Shown here: positions 27,871 through 36,282 of the stretch, in pieces
How the letters are laid out: every line of letters starts with the position of its first letter
How positions within the stretch are numbered: the stretch's first letter is position 1
Origin: Smithella sp.
GTDB taxonomy: Bacteria > Desulfobacterota > Syntrophia > Syntrophales > Smithellaceae
Reading direction: 5' to 3'
NCBI GenBank assembly: GCA_049517435.1
Contig: JBEKRZ010000009.1
Coordinates: forward strand, 29,925 to 93,924
Length of the DNA stretch: 64,000 nt
Made by a program: the position numbers and the translations under genes
The notes under the pieces: generated by a model
Database searches by the model: none
Seen by the model: the letters and a program-made list of their open reading frames with translations, nothing else
Told to the model about the DNA's origin: nothing

Positions 27871-27960
27871 ATGTGGGGTGTATGGAGGATCTTCTATAAC
27901 TTAAAAGAAGCAAAAGCACTAATTGAAAAATGGCGATTGGAATACAGCTATTTTAGAGGG
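27871..27960 (+). pseudogene. remnant of the C-terminal end of an IS3-family-type transposase
   Basis: Translation gives ...RIFYNLKEAKALIEKWRLEYSYFRG. This resembles the conserved F(Y)xLxEAxxxIExWRxxYN(xxRPH) tail of DDE transposases but breaks off before RPH. There is no upstream catalytic domain. Confidence 0.45.
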
Positions 27961-28194
27961 TACTCTTTTATTTCTTTCTTCCTGTTATCCACACATCGTC
28001 AACCGTGACTAAAATGCGTGACTTCAAATGATAATCATTAATCATATTTTTCTAAAATTATGATGGTGATAATGTAGCTCAATGGAACGGCTGATGGAAG
28101 TTGGATAAATTAACTATTTTTTACATTGACATAATCATGAAAATAAGCCAAATTTCTTCCATTAAATTCAAAATCTTACTTACAAGGAGATCAA

Positions 28195-29172
28195 ATGAAA
28201 AAACATATATTTATTTTCTTGTGTGGAACGATAATGCTTTATAGCGGTTGTGCAACGGTTTCGACTCCCATTCAACAAACTGAAGCACCCGTTTCCAAAC
28301 AACAGCAAGTTAAAGCACAAACTGTAGCACAAACTGTAGCACAAACCCCTATCACTAAACAGTATAAGCGCAAAGTTGCCATTGCAAGATTTTCAAATGA
28401 GTCTAATTATGGTCGATCTCTTATGACTGACCAAGATTATGATCGAATTGGCAAACAAGCTTCCGATATGTTAATGGCTAAGCTCATAAAATCAAATAAG
28501 TTCATTGTGTTTGAGCGTACAGATCTTTCAAAAATTATAAAAGAACAATCCATAAGTGGTAATGCAAATCTTATCGGTGTTGACGCTTTAATAATCGGTT
28601 CTGTGACAGAATTTGGACGTTCATTGGGCGGGAAAGTTGGCTTTCTGTCTAGCACTAAACTTCAAACAGCACGAGCAAAGGTTGAAACTAGATTAGTAGA
28701 CGTTAAAACAGGACAAGCATTTTTTTCTTCAGCGGGAGTTGGTGAAGCTAATACTGAAAGTGGAGAAGTTGCTGGATTTGGTAGTCGTGCTGATTATGAT
28801 GCCACTCTTAACGATCGTGCTATATCTGCAGCAATTTCGGATATGCTAGACAAAATTGTTTCATCTTTAGAAGAGCGTCCATGGAAAACTGATATACTTG
28901 AAATAAAAGGTGCAGAAGTTTTTATAAGTGGTGGGCAGAAGCAAGGTATTAAGATTGGTGATACTTTACAAGTAATGGAACAAGGTGCAGCTGTTAAAAG
29001 CAAACAAACAGGTTTCACGATGAATCTTCCTCCTAAAAAAATTGCTGAAATAAAAGTTTCTGAATTTTTTGGTAATAATGAAAACGACGAAGGATCAGTA
29101 TGTCAGATTATATCAGGAACAATTAATGCTTCAAATAATGATAAGCTATTTGTTGAAGAGGTGAAAAAATGA
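28195..29172 (+). CDS. CsgG/HfaB-family lipoprotein
   Basis: The lipobox is LYSGC. The CsgG-like core reads KRKVAIARFSNESNYG...ASDMLMAKLIKSNKFIVFERTDLSKIIKEQ...IIGSVTEFG. The RBS is AAGGAG. Confidence 0.8.
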   Translation: MKKHIFIFLCGTIMLYSGCATVSTPIQQTEAPVSKQQQVKAQTVAQTVAQTPITKQYKRKVAIARFSNESNYGRSLMTDQDYDRIGKQASDMLMAKLIKSNKFIVFERTDLSKIIKEQSISGNANLIGVDALIIGSVTEFGRSLGGKVGFLSSTKLQTARAKVETRLVDVKTGQAFFSSAGVGEANTESGEVAGFGSRADYDATLNDRAISAAISDMLDKIVSSLEERPWKTDILEIKGAEVFISGGQKQGIKIGDTLQVMEQGAAVKSKQTGFTMNLPPKKIAEIKVSEFFGNNENDEGSVCQIISGTINASNNDKLFVEEVKK

Positions 29173-29465
29173 GATTTTTTTATATTATAGTACTTATTAT
29201 GACGATCATTGGTTGTTCTATGCCAGCAACTACTGTGAGAAGTGTTGATTCTAGACCAAGCATAGCAATTAAAGGAGCTTCATCTACAGCTGAACTTCTT
29301 GTGGATGACCTCAAAATGGGAAAAGCTGAAACATTCAATGGAGAACCTCAAACGCTTACACTTGAACCAGGGACTCATAAAATATCAATTATTGATAACG
29401 GCACTATTATATATGAGCAGAAAATTTTTGTTGAAAGCGAATTAAAAACAATTACTGTACACTAA
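29169..29465 (+). CDS. small lipoprotein with a PEGA-like beta-sandwich
   Basis: An ATGA overlap links it to the upstream stop. The lipobox is IIGC. LLVDDLKMGKAE...LTLEPGTHKISIIDNG...IFVESELKTITV resembles the PEGA-domain pattern. Confidence 0.6.
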   Translation: MRFFYIIVLIMTIIGCSMPATTVRSVDSRPSIAIKGASSTAELLVDDLKMGKAETFNGEPQTLTLEPGTHKISIIDNGTIIYEQKIFVESELKTITVH

Positions 29466-29475
29466 AGGATTGAAC

Positions 29476-29883
29476 GTGAAAATTACGAACTATTGTATAA
29501 TTGCAGTAACTATTTTAATGATAACAGGATGTGCTCATACTCAGTATTCATGGAAAAATTACGACCAAAAACTTTATAATCATTATAAAAATCCAGCAAC
29601 ATATGATCAGTTCGTTGAAGACCTTAAAGACATCATGGAAAAAGGTGAAACTAGTGGAAAAATTCCGCCTGGAATATACGCAGAGTATGGATATGTTCTT
29701 TATGAAAAAGGTAATTTTCCTGAAGCTATAAAGTATTTCAAAAAAGAACAGGATAAGTGGCCTGAATCAAACATCATTATGACAAAAATGATCAACAATG
29801 CACAGAAAAAAACTGCTCAATCAGAAAAACAAAAAGAATCTTTGACGAGCGATACAAATCAAGTTAAAGAGGTGGCGAAATGA
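29476..29883 (+). CDS. DUF4810-like TPR-type lipoprotein
   Basis: The lipobox is ITGC. YSWKNYDQKLYNHYKNPATYDQF...PPGIYAEYGYVLYEKGNFPEAIKYFKKEQDKWPES matches my recollection of DUF4810. I prefer the GTG at 29476, with AAGGA 6 nt upstream. The track uses TTG at 29470. Confidence 0.65.
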   Translation: MKITNYCIIAVTILMITGCAHTQYSWKNYDQKLYNHYKNPATYDQFVEDLKDIMEKGETSGKIPPGIYAEYGYVLYEKGNFPEAIKYFKKEQDKWPESNIIMTKMINNAQKKTAQSEKQKESLTSDTNQVKEVAK

Positions 29884-30515
29884 TAAGACGTTTTTTGATT
29901 ATTATTCTAGTTATTTCGCTTTTAGGATGTGTAACTACAAAACCTTATGATTTCTCAAAGTTCAATGCTGCCAAACCAAAATCAATATTGATTGTTCCTA
30001 TAGTAAATCGTAGTGTTGAGGTAACAGCACCCGATTATTGCCTGTCCACTATTACAATTCCTTTGGCTGAGAGAGGTTATTATGTATTTCCCGTTAATAT
30101 GGTAAAACGTCTGCTAGAGGATGATGGATTATCTGATGCCGACCTTGTACATCATGCATCAGTTGAAAAACTTGCGAACCTTTTTGGAGCCGATGCAGTT
30201 CTCTATGTAACTATTAACCAATGGGATGCAAAATACATGGTTTTGAGTTCTCAAGTAACTGTAGATTTATCGTATGTAATTAAAGATGGAAAAACTGGAG
30301 ATTCTCTCTGGGAACACAATGAAAAAATGGTCTATGTTCCTCAGAATCAAAATACTGGAAATCCTATAGCCACTTTGGTTGTAATGGCGGTAAATGCCGC
30401 GGTAACCAAAGCTGCACCAAATTATATTCCTTTAGCACGTCAAGCCAACAACAAAGCTTTCGCATTTCATAATGGACAGGGTATCCCACCTGGACCATAT
30501 GCGATCGACAAGTAA
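29880..30515 (+). CDS. DUF799 (GNA1162-like) lipoprotein
   Basis: An ATGA overlap links it to the upstream stop. The lipobox is LLGC. ILIVPIVNRSVEVTAPDYCLSTITIPLAERGYYVFPVNMVKRLLEDDGL matches the DUF799 pattern. Confidence 0.7.
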   Translation: MIRRFLIIILVISLLGCVTTKPYDFSKFNAAKPKSILIVPIVNRSVEVTAPDYCLSTITIPLAERGYYVFPVNMVKRLLEDDGLSDADLVHHASVEKLANLFGADAVLYVTINQWDAKYMVLSSQVTVDLSYVIKDGKTGDSLWEHNEKMVYVPQNQNTGNPIATLVVMAVNAAVTKAAPNYIPLARQANNKAFAFHNGQGIPPGPYAIDK

Positions 30516-30667
30516 CGTATATTCAAAGAAAGATAATTTGAATAATGCACCTAATCAGCAGTGAGCTACTTATGTTCAGAGGCTTTTTAGGTGTTTTGTT
30601 GATCGAATATTTCAAACGCAAGTCGTCAAAATATTCATTCTCAATACTTGTTTCTTTGTGTAATAAA

Positions 30668-30699
30668 CAAAAAAGGGTGGAAAAATCCACCCCTTTTTA
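30668..30699. terminator. bidirectional rho-independent terminator
   Basis: The sequence AAAA-GGGTGGA-AAAA-TCCACCC-C-TTTTT lies between the convergent DUF799 gene and the thiolase gene. Confidence 0.8.
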
Positions 30700-30715
30700 C
30701 TTAGATGAAATTGTT

Positions 30716-32005
30716 TTAAGTCCTTTCCAATACCATAGACAATCCCTGACCGCCGCCGATACAAAGGGAAGCCAGTCCGCGTTTTAAATTTTTCTTTTTC
30801 ATCTGCATGGCCAACGTATAGGTAATACGGGCGCCCGAACAGCCGATGGGATGACCAATAGAAACCGCGCCGCCGTTGAGATTGCATTTTTCCACATCAA
30901 CTTCCAGCTCTTTCATACAAGCCAGCGCCTGTGAGGCAAAGGCTTCATTGAGTTCAAAAAGATCAATATCCTTTACGGTCAGATTCAGTTGTTTGAAAAG
31001 TTTACGTGTTGCCGGAATGGGTCCTAAGCCCATGTAAGCGGGATCAACACCGCCGCTGGCGAAGCCCTTGATCTTGGCCAGTGGTTCAAGTTTAAGCTCT
31101 TTGGCTTTTTCAGCGCTCATAACAATTACCGCTGCGGCGCCATCGTTGATGCCGGAAGCGTTTCCCGCCGTCACGGTGCCATCTTTTTTAAATACAGTGG
31201 CCAGTTTGCCCATCTTTTCCAGCGACGTATCCATAGGACGTTCATCTACATTGAAGATTTTAGGATCGCCTTTTTTCTGCGGAATGACAACAGAGACTAT
31301 TTCATCGGCCACTTCGCCGGAGGCGTTCGCTGCGCGCGCTCTCTGGTGGCTTCTCAAAGAAAATTCGTCTTGTTCCTGACGGGAAATTTTGTAAAGAGCC
31401 GCGATGTTTTCCGCTGTTACGCCCATGTGATAACCATTAAATATCTCATAAAGGCCGTCATAAACCATTAAATCGGTGATCTGACTATACGGCATGCTCA
31501 TGCGATAGCCCCAGCGGGCTCCGGGCAATACAAATGGCGCATTGCTCATATTTTCCATCCCGCCGGCAACAATAATTTCGGCATTGCCGGTTTGGATGGC
31601 CTGTGCCGCCAGCGCGATAGCTTTCATCCCCGAAGCGCATATTTTATTTACGGTAAAAGCGTTGGTTTCTTCCGGAAGACCGGCGTAAATGGAAGCTTGA
31701 CGGGCGACGTTTTGACCTTGTCCCCCCTGTAAAACATTGCCCATGATTACTTCATCTATATAGACAGGCTTAAGGGATTCATCATAATCGTAATATTTTT
31801 TGTTTATTGCCGTTATTTCAAAATTACCTAAAGCAGCTGGCCGGCAGCTTTTCGAAAAATCATCAATTGACGGCCTCAACCCCGCACGTTTCAGCGTTTC
31901 TTTGATAACCAAAGCTCCAATATCAACGGCGTTTACACCTTTCAGCGATCCGCCGAATTCACCTACTGCAGTTCTGGAACCGTTTACAATTACTACTTCT
32001 TTCAT
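30716..32005 (-). CDS. acetyl-CoA C-acetyltransferase (thiolase)
   Basis: This 429-aa ORF has [11 protein letters not shown] (active-site Cys), [20 protein letters not shown] and CIGGGQG. Confidence 0.9.
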   Translation of the reverse strand: MKEVVIVNGSRTAVGEFGGSLKGVNAVDIGALVIKETLKRAGLRPSIDDFSKSCRPAALGNFEITAINKKYYDYDESLKPVYIDEVIMGNVLQGGQGQNVARQASIYAGLPEETNAFTVNKICASGMKAIALAAQAIQTGNAEIIVAGGMENMSNAPFVLPGARWGYRMSMPYSQITDLMVYDGLYEIFNGYHMGVTAENIAALYKISRQEQDEFSLRSHQRARAANASGEVADEIVSVVIPQKKGDPKIFNVDERPMDTSLEKMGKLATVFKKDGTVTAGNASGINDGAAAVIVMSAEKAKELKLEPLAKIKGFASGGVDPAYMGLGPIPATRKLFKQLNLTVKDIDLFELNEAFASQALACMKELEVDVEKCNLNGGAVSIGHPIGCSGARITYTLAMQMKKKNLKRGLASLCIGGGQGLSMVLERT

Positions 32006-32143
32006 CTCTAACTCCTTTCCAATATCAAAATATTTTTAAGCCAATTTTCTGTCACATTGTTTACGTGAGTATTGGGATTTCTTACAATTTAATCAGGTCC
32101 GCGAATTTTGAAATTGATTTAGCACAATTTTTTCTAAAATGCA

Positions 32144-33004
32144 TCAAGCGGGTTTACGAGCTACAATCCACATGTTGTCACTGGTAGGGAAACGATCCCA
32201 TATGTTGAACCGGACAATCTGGAATCCTGTATCCCTGATGATTTTGCCAAGGGTTTCCGGCGTCCAGTAATTAACATGGTCAGGATACCGGAACCCGCAC
32301 CATTTTTGTCCCATGACGATGCGATTAAGACAACCATAATTAGGTACCTTAATAATGATATTGGCGCCGGATCGCAAGATTCGCAGAATTTTCTGAAGAA
32401 CCTCACGGGGCGCGGATTCATGTTCTAAATAGGCGGACATGATTGCAGCGCTAAAGAAATCGTTCTCAAATGTATCTAATCCACAAAGGGCGTTGCCGCA
32501 AAAAACACGGCCTCCGCGAGACTTAGCTATTTGTTGAGCCCTGCCGGAAAGATGTTTTGATACTTCAACGCCGAAGGGAGTATATTTTTGATCGAGGCGG
32601 GACATCACTTCTCCTCCTCCGCATCCAATATCGATTATCGGTCCGGCAGGAAAGTACTGCTTTACCAGGTCTATGAGCTTATCCCGGCGAATCAGCCTGT
32701 CCTTGTAACGCTCGATAACCCGCACACCTCGCCGCAGGGCTGATTCCTTTTTCTTTTTCTCCTGGGATACTTGATGAGATGTTTTTTCCCAGGCGAAGGT
32801 TTCCTCAAGATCTTCATAGGCAGGAGGATTTTCCAGATAAACCAACCGGCACTGTGCGCACATTTTTATGATCCATGGATCCTTTGAATATATCGAAGGT
32901 TTTATATCTTTATTTTCATTGCCACATAGAGGACATGACCGATAAATACCATTATTGGCTATGGATTCTGCTTGTTGAACCATCTTTTCCCCGTCACCAT
33001 TCAT
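32144..33004 (-). CDS. class I SAM-dependent methyltransferase with an N-terminal Cys4 zinc-ribbon
   Basis: CPLCG...CAQC lies at the N-terminus. The SAM motif is IIDIGCGGGE. Confidence 0.7.
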   Translation of the reverse strand: MNGDGEKMVQQAESIANNGIYRSCPLCGNENKDIKPSIYSKDPWIIKMCAQCRLVYLENPPAYEDLEETFAWEKTSHQVSQEKKKKESALRRGVRVIERYKDRLIRRDKLIDLVKQYFPAGPIIDIGCGGGEVMSRLDQKYTPFGVEVSKHLSGRAQQIAKSRGGRVFCGNALCGLDTFENDFFSAAIMSAYLEHESAPREVLQKILRILRSGANIIIKVPNYGCLNRIVMGQKWCGFRYPDHVNYWTPETLGKIIRDTGFQIVRFNIWDRFPTSDNMWIVARKPA

Positions 33005-33221
33005 ATGCGGATAAGTTTAGAAAACTCTTACACAACTAGTCATGGGTTTCAACCTTTTTTCTTATACTAATTCGCTTTTTTGGAGGTTATTTTTTGCTTG
33101 CCTCCGCTGTTTTTTTATTCTATACTCCCGCCACTGTTGCAAATATAGATAACTAACATGCGTCAGTTATCACAAAGTCAACATTAATGAGATGATTTAC
33201 GAAAATTAGAAGGAGGAAAAA

Positions 33222-33767
33222 ATGAAGAAAGTAATTGCTGTAGTTTTTCTTGTTTTATTGTTGGGTACCTTTACGTCTTATGCGGCTGGATTAAAAGTGG
33301 GGGACAAAATAGGTGACTTCAAACTGAGTGCTGCTCTTGATGATAAGGAATATACCCTCAGTTCACCGGAATACGCAGGCAGAGTCGTTTATATCGTATA
33401 TGCCAGCTCGAGCTCAGCAGATGATAATGATCATGTAACTGAGGCAATAAAAGCCGACAAGGATATCGACCGTCTGAAAAAAGAAAATAAGTACGTTGGA
33501 TTGGGTATAGGAAACGAGAAGGACAGCGGGGTGCCTAATTTTATGATTAAGATAATCGCCAAGCGCAAGCAGAAGAGTTCCGGCGCCATCGTCATGCTCG
33601 ATCCGGATTTTATATACGGCAACCTCGTGGGGGCTCCGCACACAATCGCCACATCAATCCTCGTTGACAAGAACCGAATTGTTCGTTACGTTTATTCAGG
33701 TAAAACTCCGATGGGGAATATTCCCCCACTTATCGATTTAATAAAGAAATATGCACAAGAAAATTAA
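33222..33767 (+). CDS. secreted YtfJ-like (thioredoxin-fold-like) protein
   Basis: A signal peptide is present (MKKVIAVVFLVLLLGTFTSYA). The layout resembles YtfJ/HI0045 family proteins (GRVVYIVYASSSSADDND..TEAIK ... ILVDKNRIVRYVYSG). This assignment is from memory only. Confidence 0.45.
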   Translation: MKKVIAVVFLVLLLGTFTSYAAGLKVGDKIGDFKLSAALDDKEYTLSSPEYAGRVVYIVYASSSSADDNDHVTEAIKADKDIDRLKKENKYVGLGIGNEKDSGVPNFMIKIIAKRKQKSSGAIVMLDPDFIYGNLVGAPHTIATSILVDKNRIVRYVYSGKTPMGNIPPLIDLIKKYAQEN

Positions 33768-33788
33768 ATTGCCATTCATTTAGCAATA

Positions 33789-33834
33789 TCCCCCCTCGAT
33801 TTCCCAAATAGGATTCGAGGGGGGAATATTTTAT
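33789..33834 (+). terminator. rho-independent terminator
   Basis: TCCCCCCTCGA / TCGAGGGGGGA forms an 11-bp stem followed by a T-rich tract. Confidence 0.7.
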
Positions 33835-33840
33835 TGTAAT

Positions 33841-34083
33841 ACTCCAATTTAATGAGACTAGCTGAAAACGAACGCAGTGAAATTTGAAGCGTTAGTCGTA
33901 ATGAGGCTTAAACTTCAAAAGCAAAGCACATTGAAGTTTTTTAGCCGAATTATCCAATAGCCTTTGGCTATTGGAAATTATCCCAGGAATGAAGTGACGT
34001 GGGGTTATTCCGTATAAAAAAGTATAATATCCGGAATTCCCAGCAACTTGCTGCGGAGTAGTTTTCCAAAGCTTGCTTTGAGG
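33841..34083. repeat. mosaic hairpin-repeat block (copy R6), same termini as 9755-10005
   Basis: It starts ACTCCAATTTAATGAGAC and ends TTCCAAAGCTTGCTTTGAGGTT. It contains TCCAATAGCC-TTT-GGCTATTGGA (33953-33975) followed by AATTATCCCA, as in R3 but with the loop inverted. Confidence 0.85.
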
Positions 34084-34114
34084 TTCATGCCAATAATTTA
34101 AGGTGAAGCCGCTC

Positions 34115-34960
34115 ATGGGCAATATTATTGACGGGAATAAAATAGCGCAGGATATTCGTAATGAAGTGCGCCAAAGCGCTATTTCGCTCAAAGAGCAAAA
34201 GGGAATTGTCCCGGGTCTGGCAGTTGTACTTGTAGGCGAAGACTCTGCCTCGCAAGTCTATGTGGGAAGAAAAGCCAAGGCGTGCGCGGAAGTTGGTTTT
34301 TTCTCCCGCGAGTATAAGCTTCCCGCCGAAACAGATGAAGAAAAGCTGCTCAAGATTATCAGAAAATTAAACAGAGATAAACTTATTCACGGCATTTTGG
34401 TCCAGCTTCCCCTGCCCAAACATATTTCCACTGAAAAGATCATTGCTGCCATCGATCCACACAAAGACGTGGACGGTTTTCATCCCTACAATGTGGGTGG
34501 CCTTGTAACCGGCTCGCCGCTGTTCATTCCCTGCACGCCCCAAGGCATCATGGAATTAATTGCCCGAACCGGTATCGATCTGAAAGGTAAAGAAGCAGTT
34601 GTGGTCGGACGCAGCAATATTGTCGGGAAGCCAATTGCTCTATTACTTTTGGCCCAACATGCCACTGTTACTATTTGTCACTCAAGGACAAAAAACTTAC
34701 CCGTTGTTACCCGCCGGGCTGATATTTTGATTGCAGCCGTCGGTAAAGCTCATATGATTAAGGCGGATATGGTTAAAGATGGTGTGATAGTAATTGATGT
34801 TGGTGTAAATCGTTTGGAAAATGGCAAGCTGGCGGGAGATGTCGATTTCAACGAGGTTGCTCCCAAAGCATCCTATATCACACCGGTTCCCGGAGGTGTC
34901 GGTCCAATGACCATTGCCATGCTGATGAAAAACACGCTCGACGCGGCGAGAATTTTTTAG
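34115..34960 (+). CDS. folD: bifunctional methylenetetrahydrofolate dehydrogenase/cyclohydrolase
   Basis: MGNIIDGNKIAQDIR..., YVGRKAKACAEVG, GRSNIVGKPIALLL and PVPGGVGPMT are present. I prefer the ATG at 34115, with AAGGTG 9 nt upstream. The track uses GTG at 34103. Confidence 0.9.
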   Translation: MGNIIDGNKIAQDIRNEVRQSAISLKEQKGIVPGLAVVLVGEDSASQVYVGRKAKACAEVGFFSREYKLPAETDEEKLLKIIRKLNRDKLIHGILVQLPLPKHISTEKIIAAIDPHKDVDGFHPYNVGGLVTGSPLFIPCTPQGIMELIARTGIDLKGKEAVVVGRSNIVGKPIALLLLAQHATVTICHSRTKNLPVVTRRADILIAAVGKAHMIKADMVKDGVIVIDVGVNRLENGKLAGDVDFNEVAPKASYITPVPGGVGPMTIAMLMKNTLDAARIF

Positions 34961-35124
34961 TGACAGAGATTCGAAATGACATTTTCATTTGGTAAACATC
35001 TTGATTCCGCACAGATGGTATCAATTTGCTATTTGGATATTTAAAAAATGCGATGTCGCTTACATTTATAAGTATGCATACGCGAATTATGACTGTATTT
35101 AGCAAAGTTTAATTTAGATAAGAC

Positions 35125-35808
35125 ATGAGAATTAATTTTATTCAAGATATTATAGATAAGATAAGAGGAAAAAAACATTATGTGAGACCCGTGAAACCAG
35201 ATGGTTTCTTTGGTCAATATGGCGAAGATGCTGTCCTAAATAAATTGTTAAACAATAAAACTAACGGTTTCTATATTGATGTTGGCGCTAATCATCCAAC
35301 AGAACTTAGCAATACTTATTACTTCTACCTTAAAGGATGGAGAGGAATAAATATAGAAGCCAATCCTTTATTGATTTCGAATTTCAATGAAGTGCGTCCT
35401 GAGGATATAAACTTAAATTTAGGTGCGGCAGACGTGTCGTCTGATATGACTTTTTATGTGCTTTCTGCGAATACTGTAAGTTCTTTTAGCGAAAAATCCG
35501 CGAAAGAGAACTGCAAAAATCATAACTGTACAATAGTTGATAAGATTAAGGTTAAAACAGACACTCTTGAAAATATAATAAATCATTACGCCCCGGATAA
35601 ACATATAGATTTTATGTCCGTAGATGTTGAAGGATTTGATATACAGGCTTTGAAAGGAAATGACTGGAATAAATATAGACCAGATTTCCTCATGGTTGAA
35701 ACTAACGGAAAAAAAATGACAAAACTGAATCGTTTAATTGATAAAATCGATTATAAACTCATTTACGACAACGGAACCAATAGTATATATAAAAACGTCA
35801 GACTTTAA
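35125..35808 (+). CDS. FkbM-family methyltransferase
   Basis: FYIDVGANHPTELSNTY and DFMSVDVEGFDIQALKG are typical Methyltransf_21/FkbM motifs. Confidence 0.75.
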   Translation: MRINFIQDIIDKIRGKKHYVRPVKPDGFFGQYGEDAVLNKLLNNKTNGFYIDVGANHPTELSNTYYFYLKGWRGINIEANPLLISNFNEVRPEDINLNLGAADVSSDMTFYVLSANTVSSFSEKSAKENCKNHNCTIVDKIKVKTDTLENIINHYAPDKHIDFMSVDVEGFDIQALKGNDWNKYRPDFLMVETNGKKMTKLNRLIDKIDYKLIYDNGTNSIYKNVRL

Positions 35809-36166
35809 TTTTGAATTATATTTGTTGTCTAAGCAACTTCAGTTTAAAATAATTGGTGTGGAATATATGGACAAATTAGATATATAGAAGTGAACTGCAT
35901 CTGATACTTGTACCAAATTTCAAGTTAGAGTTCAGCCATTTTTTAATAATTACTAATTGAAATGTTGTGTGAATTGGCAAAATAATAAAACAACAGTATA
36001 TAAAAAACATCTATAGTCGGTCTTTACACCTGATGTCAAGAAAGCTTCATCCTATGACAGCTTAATATAGCCTCTGAAAGAATACCAATCCCCCTGTTAG
36101 TTCAAATCTATTTTGACAATGATTCCTTGCAAGCCCTTTATTCATGCCGATTTCTTAAAGGGGTTC

Positions 36167-36202
36167 TTGGTATTGATATTGGTATTGGTATTGGTATAAG
36201 TA
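36167..36202. repeat. hexanucleotide tandem repeat (TTGGTA)n, about 5-6 units
   Basis: The units read TTGGTA TTGATA TTGGTA TTGGTA TTGGTA TAAGTA. The repeat lies in the convergent intergenic region 35809-36282. Confidence 0.8.
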
Positions 36203-36282
36203 TGTACTTATTCTAGATAGGACTTTGGCGGCACCATTTTATCGTCCTTGCTAAGGATAAAACATTTACCATTATAATAAAA

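Noticed and set aside
28315-28346. 12-nt tandem repeat GCACAAACTGTA x2.7 inside the CsgG-like gene (encodes AQTVAQTVAQT)
   Set aside because: It is a short in-frame low-complexity linker after the lipobox. This is common in lipoproteins and is not a regulatory repeat.
33892-34191. 99-aa ORF on the minus strand upstream of folD
   Set aside because: It is composed of the repeat block and the antisense of the folD start region.
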